Assembly (NCBI GenBank): GCA_965203295.1
Contig: CBDBCZ010000016.1
Coordinates: 64,001 to 128,000 of the forward strand
DNA: 64,000 nt
DNA from: Nitrospirales bacterium
Lineage (GTDB): Bacteria > Nitrospirota > Nitrospiria > Nitrospirales > UBA8639
Direction: 5' to 3'
Position numbers and translations under genes: made by a program. The notes under the pieces were generated by a model that worked only from the letters and a program-made list of their open reading frames with translations, was not told the origin of the DNA and ran no database searches. Position 1 is the stretch's first letter; each line of letters begins with the position of its first letter. Shown here piece after piece: positions 1-12,075 of this stretch.

Positions 1-32
1 AGAAGCTACTTTACTGTATCATACCTCCTAAA

Positions 33-140
33 ACCAGAGCCCAGCTGGGAGTTGAACCCATGCAGGACCTTCTGATTGCTAGTCAGTAGGCAAGTTTTAT
101 ACGTAGCTACTAAACCCACTAGAAGCAGTCGCCAATATGA
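33..140 (-). mobile_element. Internally deleted copy of the tRNA-like cassette family (also about 13902-13998, 45912-46020; fragment 31790-31821)
   Basis: The reverse complement keeps the cassette's upstream part (GGGTTTAGTAGCTA..CTTGCCTACTG) fused directly to ACTAGCAATCAGAAGGTCCT..GGGTTCAACTCCCAGCTGGG. Confidence 0.7.
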
Positions 141-249
141 CCTGCCAATTCTAATTGTGATTACTCTCTTAAGATAGTATCATGCAGCACCCATGTATGT
201 GTTGCTGCTCTCTTCTGTTATTATGTTTCATGTTGCATACATACAACAG

Positions 250-2123
250 GTGAAAAGTTGACAGAACTAAATAATGATCTTCTAAAGGTAAATGTGTAGA
301 AAGTAACTGTCAATTATTGGAGTATGGAGAAACAGGATGTTCAAATCATATGTAGTATTCTGAATCACTACGATGCACACTTAGTAATACATTTAATATG
401 CTTTCAACACTTGATATGTTGTGATTCACTCTCACTTGCTGTCAGGGAGTATGTTTTGAGCTTGTGAAGTACAGTAGAACGGTAGTGCAATTTCACCGGT
501 TTCCAAAGCTATACTTCCAGCTGCTGCAGTGCATATGTATATGTGTGGGTGTTCAAACTTACGTAACAATAGATGTTAGATTTATGCACTGTGCACTGTC
601 CTCAAATTGTTAAAGTACATGACTGACATATTTTTAATACATACAAGACATGATTTTGCGAATGATAAGCTGATATTCAGCTTCCTGTTCTTTAGAGATT
701 AAAACAAAGCCAAGCTAATGAAGAGAAGCTCAGCGCTAATGAATGAAAGAGGAAATCTGAACTTACCAAGAAGAGAAAAGATGATGCTACTGCTAAACAG
801 GTAAGTAGTATTAAATTGAAACCACATGGCTGTTTTGTAGGTTTATCGTTCATGTATGTAACACTGTCAAGCTCTCATCTTCTCATTAGGTTGACAGCTT
901 CAATCACAAGATGTTTTAGAAGACCAAGTTTCTGAAGCAAAAGAGAGAGAGAGTAACCGTACTTGATAATGCGAAACATAAAGGTACACATGCGAATATC
1001 CTTTTGTAAAATACTCTAATGTACTAGGCCGGGTTACGTATATCATAACATTGATCGGTCGTTGGATAACAGTATGAATATGTACTCACCAACTGCTTTC
1101 AGGCTAGTTTGTCCATTACGAGGTGAGAAACATGTTGACCTCCAGTAATAATAGAATGAAGAAATATACTGTATGACAGCTTTTCAATCTCATGACACTA
1201 TACTGAGAGCCACAATCATGCCCATTGCTACATGGTGTGAGATTATATCGCAGGCTGGCTGCTTGAGAATAACTTGTTTATGCTATGCATATGTCATTGT
1301 GTATGGGTGCCGGTGTTATGTATACCCCTGTCACGTGTGTATGCCTCTTGTGCATACAGATGTCCACTTTATGTGAGCAGCTGGTTACACTAGCCTCCAA
1401 CGGGCTGTCTCAGAGCACTGACATCAGCCCTGAAGCAGCTACTAGTGCTGTGACAACACTGGTGGAGGAGAACACACATCTGAAAGAGGACATTGAAAGA
1501 GTGACTCAACAACTAGAGCAGGTTTGACTCTTGCCACATGGAGTTGTGTGTTTCTTGATGCTACTCCAGTAATCTACATTTCCATACACCATGTACGCAG
1601 AAAAACAGTGTACATATTTATTGTATACATATATACCTACATCATTCATTCATTTCTGGAGCACTGTGTTCCGCAAAAAATCAGTAACACACTGTATAAG
1701 TGTATAAGTACGGCAAAGAAGCAGAGGTGCAGGTGTATACGCAGGAAATATGGTTAAGAATCATTGATGTTGTTGCTGGTGGTAATAGAAATACTCTCTG
1801 CATAAACAAACTGATTCATGTAGCATCATCAAACACACTTTGGGAAGTAAAGGTTCCATAGCCTGCTGCATATATATTGAGATCTACGACTGAAACATTC
1901 CTTAATCTTTAGTATAATATACACTCCAGGCCCTATGTTATGGCAGTACTATAATTATAGTAACTACGTATACAGGCACGTATGTATTTTAGTTACTGCG
2001 CATATGTACATATACGTATAATGTGTTTATTGCCACTTCCTGTATTTCATACAGCTGCAAGACAGTCATTCTGCTGTGCGTTCTGGAGTTCATAGTGTTG
2101 TTGAGTGCTTTCTGGGAATGAAG
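250..2123 (+). pseudogene. Coiled-coil protein pseudogene, copy 1 (late exons 250-287, 696-800, 890-983, 1360-1521, 2055-2123)
   Basis: AG..GT-bounded exons encode E/K/Q/L-rich peptides (RLKQSQANEEKLSANE*KRKSELTKK; MSTLCEQLVTL..LKEDIERVTQQLEQ). There is an in-frame TGA and frame-disrupted exons. Confidence 0.8.
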
Positions 2124-3008
2124 GTGATGCACTTCATTGTAGTAGTAACTTGCATGTAAAAAGTTTTTAATAATATATGGTTGAACAGAAGATCTGGCTC
2201 TTTGCTAGCCAAGGGCACATTTATGAACCCAGAAAAAGTGTGAACTTTTTCTGATTCTATATTAGTACCCTAAAATCCATATGAATTCACATTGAACTAT
2301 ATTGGAGAAAACCTTGCCTGGTTAAGAGCCGGCTAGCTAGCTTGTAAAGTAATGAAAAGTGTGTGAATGGTGAGATTTCTATGTGATAGATACGTTTCTA
2401 CCATACACATATTCAGTTTGTTTAAAGCAGGAGATTATTCAACCTAATTAAGTGCCTATAATTTTATACTGCTTCTAATTCTCTACCTTGAACATTCCTA
2501 CATAATTTATTTCCATAGAGTATACATGTATGAGCATACATATGCCCACTGCTATTCACAGCCTACGTAATCGAAAATTACTGCCCTACTAAAGCCAATA
2601 TTGTTAAACTATGTGCTGTCAAGATGACACCTTTTTATAGGCACTCTTAATGTTACAAGTATCATATGTGCTCTCATCTAAAGACCACATGCACCGTAAC
2701 ATACCCCACAATTAACCCCACAATTAACTGACAATTGGGGTTTGGCAACGTACTGGAGATGGGTTTGGCTCTGCTAGTGACTGAAGGTTAGAATCATAAA
2801 TTCCACCAATTTTAAACAAATTTTGAATGACACATGAAATTTTTCATGTTTTCATGTATCAAACGAAAAGAACAACTGGATACTAAATGTATTTTTCCCA
2901 GGCCAAAATACACATACACACATACACACATACACATGAGCTACATATATATGTAACTGAGGCTCCATGCTGCAACACAACATGAGAGTAGGTGCTACAT
3001 ACTACATA

Positions 3009-3093
3009 TAGCATCGTTCCTAGGCTCTACTTCCCAGCTTTTGTTTTCGCACGTAATAATTATTTTACAATGTACAAAAAAAAACTGGGAAAT
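3009..3093. mobile_element. Truncated TAGCCTCGTTCC-type foldback MITE (relative of 20305-20443)
   Basis: TAGCATCGTTCCTAGGCTCTACTTCCCAGC matches the left TIR of the 20305 element. A partial right arm AAAAAACTGGGAA is present. Confidence 0.55.
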
Positions 3094-3779
3094 AAGTAGA
3101 TATGGTTGTCGAGAATGCATCAAAAGTGCAGAAACTGGAATGAATACGCTTATATTATACCCATAGTAATCCTGGTCATGCTGGTCACAACAGTTGTCAA
3201 TATGTAAGTATACTTCTACAGGTTGTCTCGTATTGAAATAGAGCACAGTGAAGCCCTCTCTGGGGCTGTGGCTGCAATGAAACAGGATGAAGAGCAGAGG
3301 CTACTAAAGGTTGTAGAGACGACTAAACAGGAGGAGCAAGTAAGTGACATACAATCATTGTAATATGAGCATATCTCAGACTGGATATTGCATACTGAGT
3401 CATGTACAATGCAAGCGGAATGTTAATAGACGGATGCTCAGATTTGGTGTGTACGTACATGTAGATTAAATGTGTGTGGCTTGCAGAACAAAAATTAATA
3501 ACCAATATTAGGGAATTTTTCGGCCTTTTACAAGTCTGATTCAGAATAAGCATATCTTCTTTAGCCTAATTGTGTTTCTGAGAGTTTCTTGTACCCATGC
3601 AAGTGTTACTAGTGTTGTCCCAGTAGATCAAAGGCATTAGTGTGCTGGACAAAAGTGTTGTCACTATTACATGTACATGCAAACATTCTCAAAACTGCCT
3701 ACCCAAACCTTAACTCAAAGCCGCTTTACTAATGTCGAGAATAGCAGTTTGGAATCTACGTATTTAGCTAGTAGCATCT

Positions 3780-3847
3780 TAGTCTATCGAGCTAGACCCT
3801 CCTCTATGCTTAGCTAAGCGCAGAGGAGGGTCTAGCTCGATAGACTA
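3780..3847. mobile_element. 68-bp hairpin MITE with 9-bp TSD (paralog 34000-34067)
   Basis: TAGTCTATCGAGCTAGACCCTCCTCT..AGAGGAGGGTCTAGCTCGATAGACTA is flanked on both sides by GTAGCATCT (3771-3779, 3848-3856). Confidence 0.85.
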
Positions 3848-6754
3848 GTAGCATCTAAAAAGATACTTGGCTGCTCTTCTAAAACGTGTAATGAAGCAGT
3901 AAGGGAATATGGGGTTTAAGTTGAGGTCTAGTACTAATTGTCTGAATGAAGAGTTAGGAATATAAAAATGATGATAGGCAGTGTTGGTTATGTGGGAAAG
4001 AATGTGAGAGTGTAGTTCACGTGCTCCGACCGGCAATTCACAGGGACTGGGCACTCAATAGATTGAGTTTTTTTTTGGTCGAGTGGCTAGCCAGCCCTCT
4101 GTGATGGTATCAATAACGTCTGATCAAGTGGCTGGTGAAGTAGTGTCGACATGTTAATATCTATTTGTCTTTGACATGTTAATATCTACTTGTCTTTTAT
4201 GGATTGTATAGAATGTTCACTTATGTTACAAAGATAATTTAATTCTATAACTAATGTAAGAAGAAAACTAGGAGAATAATATGGAGAATAGCAAAAATCT
4301 CAAGCCTGTTAGGCATTCCTTTTCTCATCAGGATATTCTCAGGATCATGAGCAGCCCCAACATAGTAGTATATACGTATGTATGTATCTATGTCTGTTAC
4401 CAAGATGAGCAGCACTAATCCCTTCATCTTGAAGCCCTCTAACTTGGTTGGCCATGATGCTAGTGTGTGTGTGTGGTGATGGCTGATACGTATACCTATT
4501 TTCCATTATGAAAGGAGAAAACAGGCTTTTACTCCCCCAATGGACTGGATGATTGGTGTGTTGTTGCCCTTGATCATAGTGTTTATCCACAACTGGGCCA
4601 AAGTGCTTTACTAGTGATCCTAGTAGTTTATGTATATGGACAATCTTCATTCTCACCCTACCTGCCACGCTAGAATTTTTCCATTTCAAAGCAAGGATCT
4701 CTCCTGGCAGACTGCTGGTGAATCACAGCTACACTAAATTGACACAGTATCCAGGACCATAGTCAGCTGATATGTGATACTTAGTCTACAATGAAAATGG
4801 CACTTCCCAAACAATTGAGTGCAACCTTGAGAATGGAATGTAGTGCATATGGGTGCACTCATTCCCTGGTTCAACTCCGCTGTTTTTATTCACATACATG
4901 TAGCTAGTAAAACAGCACCATTTGGCATTCTGTAACCCACAGCAGCTGGGGTGGAGGCCAGGAACGAAGCTACGTAGGAATGTCCTTTTTTTAGTAGACA
5001 GTGTCAAAATAGTACAGGTATTTCCTCTTATATTAAGGGGAGAAAAGAGTGTAGGGATACACAGTCAAGGGGTTACTTTTTAGAGAGTGTAATCTTCTTC
5101 TAAACCCCTTCCTAATTACCTGCCTGCAATAGCCAAATACTACATGTAATAGTAAGTCTGTGTACCATTCCCAGACCAGTAGTTCTTATATCTCGTGTGC
5201 CCAGACCTACTAATTATAATCACTAGTGCTACGGATACAAACCTGCTGTCTATGAGCTTCATCCACATGTAGTTGTGATTAGCAATCTGCCACATTTCAA
5301 TATATTTATTGCTGTATAATTAACCTATAGAAGAACTCAGTTTTAGAGTGACTGTTGTATGCAATGCAGGAGATGTATCAAAAGCAATTAGAGGAAATGA
5401 AGATACAACTGGAGCATGACAAGGACGTTTCTCTGGAGGAAGAAAAGAGAATTACAGCTACTGTGATGGAGGAGCTGGAACAACTAAAACAGGTACAACA
5501 CAGCTCGTAGTATGTGCAGACAAACACCGGCCTGCACTACTGCATATTAACCCGGAGTGCATGACCTCTCCCAATATCATTATACAAGGCAAGAACGTTC
5601 GTGAAGTAAGTAGTTTAGACTGTACATAGTTGTGTATGCAATTTTCCTAATAGCTGTCTACTACTGCAGCTATTTATCCCAATATTTAGTGAAGATTAAT
5701 ACTGCATTTCACTTCTAGGATAAGGAAGAAATGGAATTGGAATGTGAGGAGAGGAAGGCTCTTCAACTGAAGCTGGTAAGCCACATCTACCTTTGAGTAT
5801 ATCACTTCTGTCTCAGTAATGACTGCAATCAGCACAACTGTGCGTGTTTCTCAAGTTGTAGTGTGTACCATTCTTTACTTAAAAGGCTTCTTCATTAAGA
5901 CTAGGTGGTTGGAGCTAGTAACTTTGAAATAGAATTAATGCTAACTAGAGGTCTTCAAGAAGACATACCCCGCGCTGAATACTGAGACATAGGGCTAGCT
6001 GTGAATTACAGTCAATATTCCAATGGTTTTACAGTAGTGTCTGCACGTAGCTACATTTTTATGCACTACTAATTCAGTGTCCAGAGTGTCTGGAACTACA
6101 TGTACGTGTACTACAGCTTCTGTTATTTTGTTCACTATGTAATGTCAGTAATGACAGGACTCTTCAACAACAATAAGCATATGTACATGCCGCAAGATAC
6201 AGAGTGATAGACGTAAACAGTTACGTACTTGTAGAAGCTGTGGGCATATATCTATTCTCATGTATGGGTCGACACTTAATTACGTGTATATGATAATTAT
6301 AATAATAGTGCGCAAGCCCTTTGACCTGTCCCTAGTGGTACAGACATGCGGAAGTTGGCGAGAGTAACTGAAGTTTGAGGTTTATCACAAGCTGTATTAC
6401 TTTGGAGAGACACTCAAGATCTGGTGTATGATTTAACCTTCCGTCTCAGTCTATGAAACTGGCCTCCGATAGTCACTTGGTCTTGTCACGAGACTAGTCC
6501 TCTAAACGATTGATGTCACAATAACACAATCACATATTTGGATCTGCCCAGCAAGCTGTAGGTGTGTCCCATTGCTGTATTAGCCTACACTGATAATCAG
6601 AAAAAATAAAGGCTACAGAAAATAGAATTACTTTGTGCTTTACCAGATGTATACAAGCTAAAGTATGAAGAATTTATTAAGTTAATTCATGCTTTGAAAT
6701 CATATACATGTAGCCTCTAAATCGCATATCATGAAGATATTTTAATATTTTTAT

Positions 6755-6820
6755 GACAGACGGATGGACAAAACCAATTGCTTAACCCCCACTTGTGCAT
6801 GTTTGGCGCAGGGTATTATT
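6755..6820 (-). mobile_element. Helentron/HINE (DINE-1-like) 5' end remnant
   Basis: Minus strand reads TAATACCCTGCGC..GGGGGTTAAGCAATTGGTTTTGTCCATCCGTCTGTC: a short hairpin followed by GTCY repeats. The same motif is at 9409-9487. Confidence 0.5.
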
Positions 6821-7997
6821 ATTTCCATACATGACAGGGTATATAAGCTTGCACATTATGCATCCTGGACTTACATTTATTTCAAAGCTGCATAATAGAC
6901 ACCCACTCTGACTAAATGTGACATAATACGTAATATATCACCTGACAATGCCATTTTTTTCGTGCTACAGTGCACTTTAACATGTACGTACTAAGGGCAC
7001 TTATTAACCAACCAAGTGTTTCCACACAGGAGAATCTGGAGGAAAGTCTGAGAGAACTTGCAGTGAGCAAATCAGAAGCTCTTGACGTTGCTGAGATGCA
7101 AAAGATTACATTAAAAGAAAAATTGCTTGCGGAAATCGCTTGCTATGAGGTAAGCAGTGTACCGGTATCATGTATGTGTACTTGTAGTGTGAATAGAAAA
7201 GGTGTGCAATGTCCAATCTAACTGCACAATTTAACAACTGATTGGAAAACAGAGTTGTTGTTGGTGGCAGCTGTTTGTTGACACGGGTCAAAATCATGGA
7301 CGGTATCTTTCCATTGGTAAAGTCATGTACATACATACTTTTTCATACTGTGGTCTGGATGTTCTACATGTGCAGGAACAGTCTGACCAGTATGCAGTCA
7401 CTATAGCTGCAATGGAAGAAAAGCTGCTGACCCTAATGAAGAAGTCCCAACTGTTAGAAAAGAAGAATGAGAGCCTGTAACAGTAAATGGCTTTGCATCA
7501 GCAAGTAGCCAGTAATTCAGAAAAGAGAGGCACTGCTACATGTACAGGTAATAATGAATGTATACACATCTATGGGTACCAATACAGACATTCATTGCAG
7601 TATGGATACTTGAATGTAACGCTCCATTTTGTGTTCATGATCATGGACGATTGATCCTTGCACACGTGTAGGTATGTTCATACAGAGCACTGCCCAGAGT
7701 TGTGACCATAGACAAACATTCTGTTTTCAACTTGGGTCATTTGTGGTGCACGTACGCGTAGCTTGCTATGCATGTTTTAATTTAATACGTGAAAAATCTC
7801 CCAGATACAACAATACATGTACATGTAATAAAGGCCTAACTAGTTCCGCTACCTTAGCTAGGTAGCTCAGATTGGGTTATGAGGTGACCATGGATCTGAG
7901 TCCAGATAACATGTACATGTACAGATGAGTGGGGGTTTACAAGAAATTACTTCGAAATTCTCTTGGGGGCATACTCCCCCCCCCCCCCGTATGAAAG

Positions 7998-8450
<453 letters not shown>

Positions 8451-9408
8451 TGCGTGCGTGCGTGCGTGCGCGTGTTGTGTGAAAAATCAAAGTTAAATAT
8501 CACGGTTATACTTAAATACTTAGTCTAATATCACATTAAAAAGCCAAACTTGTCAACCTGTTGAATACAATTTTATCTACACATCATCAGCTTAATCGCA
8601 ACAGTTTATTTTGCTTGTAAAACTGTTTGAAGTGTTCCCGTGAAAAAGCACCCCTGTTTTTAGTGTATCCTGGATGGGTATCAGTGATGGGGCCAGAGTT
8701 TGGGTGGGGCTTTAACAGATGAATAAATTTTGCATTCTAGCTACAAATGTTAAATTTATGCATTATTAAGCAGAGGGCATGGTGTATATTTGTTCCGCGC
8801 AATCTAGGAATTTGCGTAATCTCGAGATTGCGTTGTGCACTCTCAGAATCCTGAAATTGCGTTCCAAGCTACTCAAGATTTAGAATGGACACATTTATGC
8901 TCCTAGTGCATGCTTGTGCAGTTCATGCAATTTCCAGTTGGGTTAGACTACTGTGGTTCTCTTTAATTGATGATGTGGGGATATTAACTTTGGCTACCAC
9001 ATTTGGGTTTTGATGGCTCCAGATTGCATGCAAATTAATATTTCTTGGGGAGTATACGTATGGCTGAGACTGCCAATGCATGCATGCATCGATCGTTGCC
9101 CCGACCCCACAACAGCACAGCCACCCCCTACAAAGAACACGTAATCCTGGGGTGTAGTACTGACCTTCATCTGTGAGCACTATACATATCCATGCACCTA
9201 GACGAGCCCATGCTTATGAACAGCTCTGGTATGTGTACCTGAGAAAGTATAGCGGCCTGACAAAACTATTGGTGTGGCGTATGTGTATGAATGACTCTAT
9301 ATAAGTCGAAGGGACAAACAATTTGGAACAAGTTCTCACATTATTACACACACTAACTAAATCCCTACTGTTGGGTTTAGCAATCACTTCTTGTAAATTG
9401 GACTGCTG

Positions 9409-9487
9409 GACAGACAGACAGACACAGACAGACAGATAGACGGACAGACCCAATTGCTTAACCCTGCCACACGCATGTGTGGTAATG
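9409..9487 (-). mobile_element. Helentron/HINE-like 5' end with (GTCT)n tract
   Basis: GACAGACA repeats are followed by CCAATTGCTTAACCCTGCC..GGTAAT, shared with 6755-6820. Confidence 0.5.
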
Positions 9488-10591
9488 ACCATTCTCCACC
9501 CAGTTAAGCTGTATTGATCACAAAACGCTGCATCACGTGAGGTTATTGCACCGCTTTCGATTCAGAATAAAGCAGCTACATGTAGTTGAACATCTAAAAA
9601 CACCAACTACATGTACATTGAATATGCCTATATGTCTTTGATGAGTATTTCATTCACTAAGTACTCAGATAAGTACTGAGTGACTGATTTTTCTTTCCAA
9701 ACCGAATATCCACTACAGTGTTCATTGCATCCTGTCACCATAACCCAGCGTCTCAATGACCAAATTACAGAGTCGTCACTGATAGATTAGGCAAACAGTC
9801 CAGTATTCAGTGAGCCTGATTCCTCCTCAAGATTGTATTAGCTAGTTGGTGCATGCTTGACAATGTACGTATTATACTTGAGTGAGCACACTGGCAAGGT
9901 TCCCTTTCAGCTGAGTGGGTGGGTTACAATTTACAAACTGTGTGGGGTCCTATGCTCAAGCGCTTACACCCTTTGTATGGTATGTTATACTTTTCATGTG
10001 GGTATCCAACGGAATGAAAGCCACTGAAATGTCACTGCAACTATGAATTTGTCTAGTGGTTCATGCGCTTCTGACGTCAAGAAAGATTCCTGAGAAAGAT
10101 TCCTGCATCGATGTACCACATACAGCATTATTTAGCAACACTACATGGTACTGTAGCAGATGTGAGTAGTATATTTGCAGATATTCAGTTAAATTGCTAA
10201 CTAATTAAAGGTTAAACTAGAGATACGTACACGCAGTATAATGCCTCGCGCACGAGCATTCAGTAGGTGTGGTTTGGTTGCACGTGTTTACAATGTGTGA
10301 GAATTTGACAGATAGAAAGGAGAGGTAGCTAAACGTGCATGAGAATTCGGCGAGTTCATCCTTCTCCAACGGTGGAAATTAACGCGGTGCATGGTTTCTC
10401 CAGCGAAAAAGAGCAACTGTTGTTAGCTAAAAAGCGCACGCACCTCTGGTCTTTTAGCTTCGATTTTGTATGCCGCTCGTTGCTTTCTTTTGCGTAGTGT
10501 AGCAAGATGCCTAGCCCTTTCCCCACTCGTCTCGCCAACGTTGTCGGACTCCGTGACTCGACTTTAGCCGACGCGACACGCCGGCCACGCC

Positions 10592-10613
10592 TAGTCTCGG
10601 GTTCCCGAGACTA
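10592..10613. mobile_element. 22-bp perfect hairpin insertion with 9-bp TSD
   Basis: TAGTCTCGGGTTCCCGAGACTA lies between two GGCCACGCC copies (10583-10591, 10614-10622). The paralog near 39458 has a single GGCCACGCC (empty site). Confidence 0.9.
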
Positions 10614-10680
10614 GGCCACGCCATGCGCAGCACGCAGTATAATTGCATTCCTAAGCGTGATACGTACATGCATTTATAAT

Positions 10681-11281
10681 ATGTTCCGCGCGAACCAGGA
10701 ATTTGCGCAATCCTAGAATTGCGCAATGCAAACTAGAAGTCCATACTTTGCCGCGCAATCCCAGGATTGCGCAGCCAATTCCACTTTTACGCACATGAGA
10801 TATTGACACTTCTTTAGCTAGCTATTAAAATGTCAAGCTCTGTCAGTAATGCAGCGTCTCTGTGGCTTGCAAGCCATCAGTTTCATTCATCCGTCTTTAT
10901 TGCAAACTGTAGATTGCCAGAATAATTTGACAATGTGACAAATGGTTTCATTACAAATTTAATGTGTTGGTTTGAACAAATTTAATAGCAGACTATCAAT
11001 AGTTGGCGATTGGTTTTGTAACCACTGCCAGTAGTTTTTGCTTTCTGCACTTGACTCTTTGTTTATCCCTTTGCTGTCTATACTTTGACGCTTCATGCAC
11101 TTCATATCAAAATTCGAACTTTGTACGAACGAATTTAGTCTACGCAATGCAAGGTTTGCGCAACGTATTTTAACTTTGCGCGAAAAACTGCGCAATGCTG
11201 GGATTGCGTGCCAAAGTACGGATTCCTACTTTGCGCAGCGCAATCCTAAGTTTGCGCAACTTCCTGGTTTGCGCGGAAATT
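10681..11281. mobile_element. About 600-bp MITE with ~95-bp TIRs in a TA-rich site (paralog 39521-40130; degenerate arm near 8791)
   Basis: Left TGTTCCGCGCGAACCAGGAATTTGCGCAA.. is the reverse complement of right ..TTGCGCAACTTCCTGGTTTGCGCGGAA. Non-coding interior. Confidence 0.85.
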
Positions 11282-11518
11282 ATATATTATACAAACGCTT
11301 GCTGAGATGCATTGCAGGATTAGTTTCCTCGCGCTAAGGCGCTCGGCAATAATAACTATGCCATACTACATCCAAAGGGACCAAAATTGGGCCAATTCTG
11401 CTGGAAGATGTAGCTGGGGGGGGGGGGGGGGGGGGGGGTCAATTTTCCAATGGTCCTTGGACCATTTCTTCCAGGACCAAGATGCCAGACACATCTGGAT
11501 TTTGTTGGAACTATACTA

Positions 11519-12075
11519 TATAGGAAACCAGTTAGCCGCTATAAATTTCTTTCTACATGTATTATATATTTGAGAGGGGGATCAGTGTGCAACTTGCTGT
11601 GTGGGTATAGATTTCTCTAACGTACAGCTTAAGCTTCAGTCATACCATAGCCAACTCTTGTATCATGAGTTGCCTCCTTTCAAACAATTCACAGCAGACA
11701 GGTACAAGCTAACTGTATAAATATGATTCTGCTATTGCAGGTCAATGTAACTTCATTGATGTTTTTCAACTACCATGACCACAAATGGAGATAAGGTGCC
11801 TCACAGCAGCAGTGCTTTATCCTGCAGCTCCATGCAGAAGCAGTATCCCTACGACACAGGTGTCAATTTTTAAGAAGTACAGTTTTGTTCAATATGCATG
11901 TATGCACAGTGTGTATTACATGTACATCGCAAACTCTTCAGCTTTCAGCTGAGCTACTTGCTATGTACGTGTACAAGTAGATGTAGCTGTAGACATATCC
12001 ATGTACATGTCAATTCTATACTGGAGGGTGAATTAATTGCGAGAGTTTGTCACAGAAACGTGTATGTAGTGTGTA
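11519..12075. mobile_element. Left arm of a long foldback element (right arm preserved at 40508-41090)
   Basis: Starts TATAGGAAACCAGTTAGC; a diverged reverse-complement copy ends GCTAACTGGTTTCCTATA at 41090. Confidence 0.6.

Larger units (their letters stand above)
1..2942 (+). repeat. Segmental duplication block A, copy 1 (other copies 13870-16802 and 45880-48828)
   Basis: Position 1 AGAAGCTACTTTACTGTATC recurs at 13870 and 45880. ORF-track peptides recur at a constant offset of 45879. Homology ends at TACACATGAGCT (2942). Confidence 0.97.
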
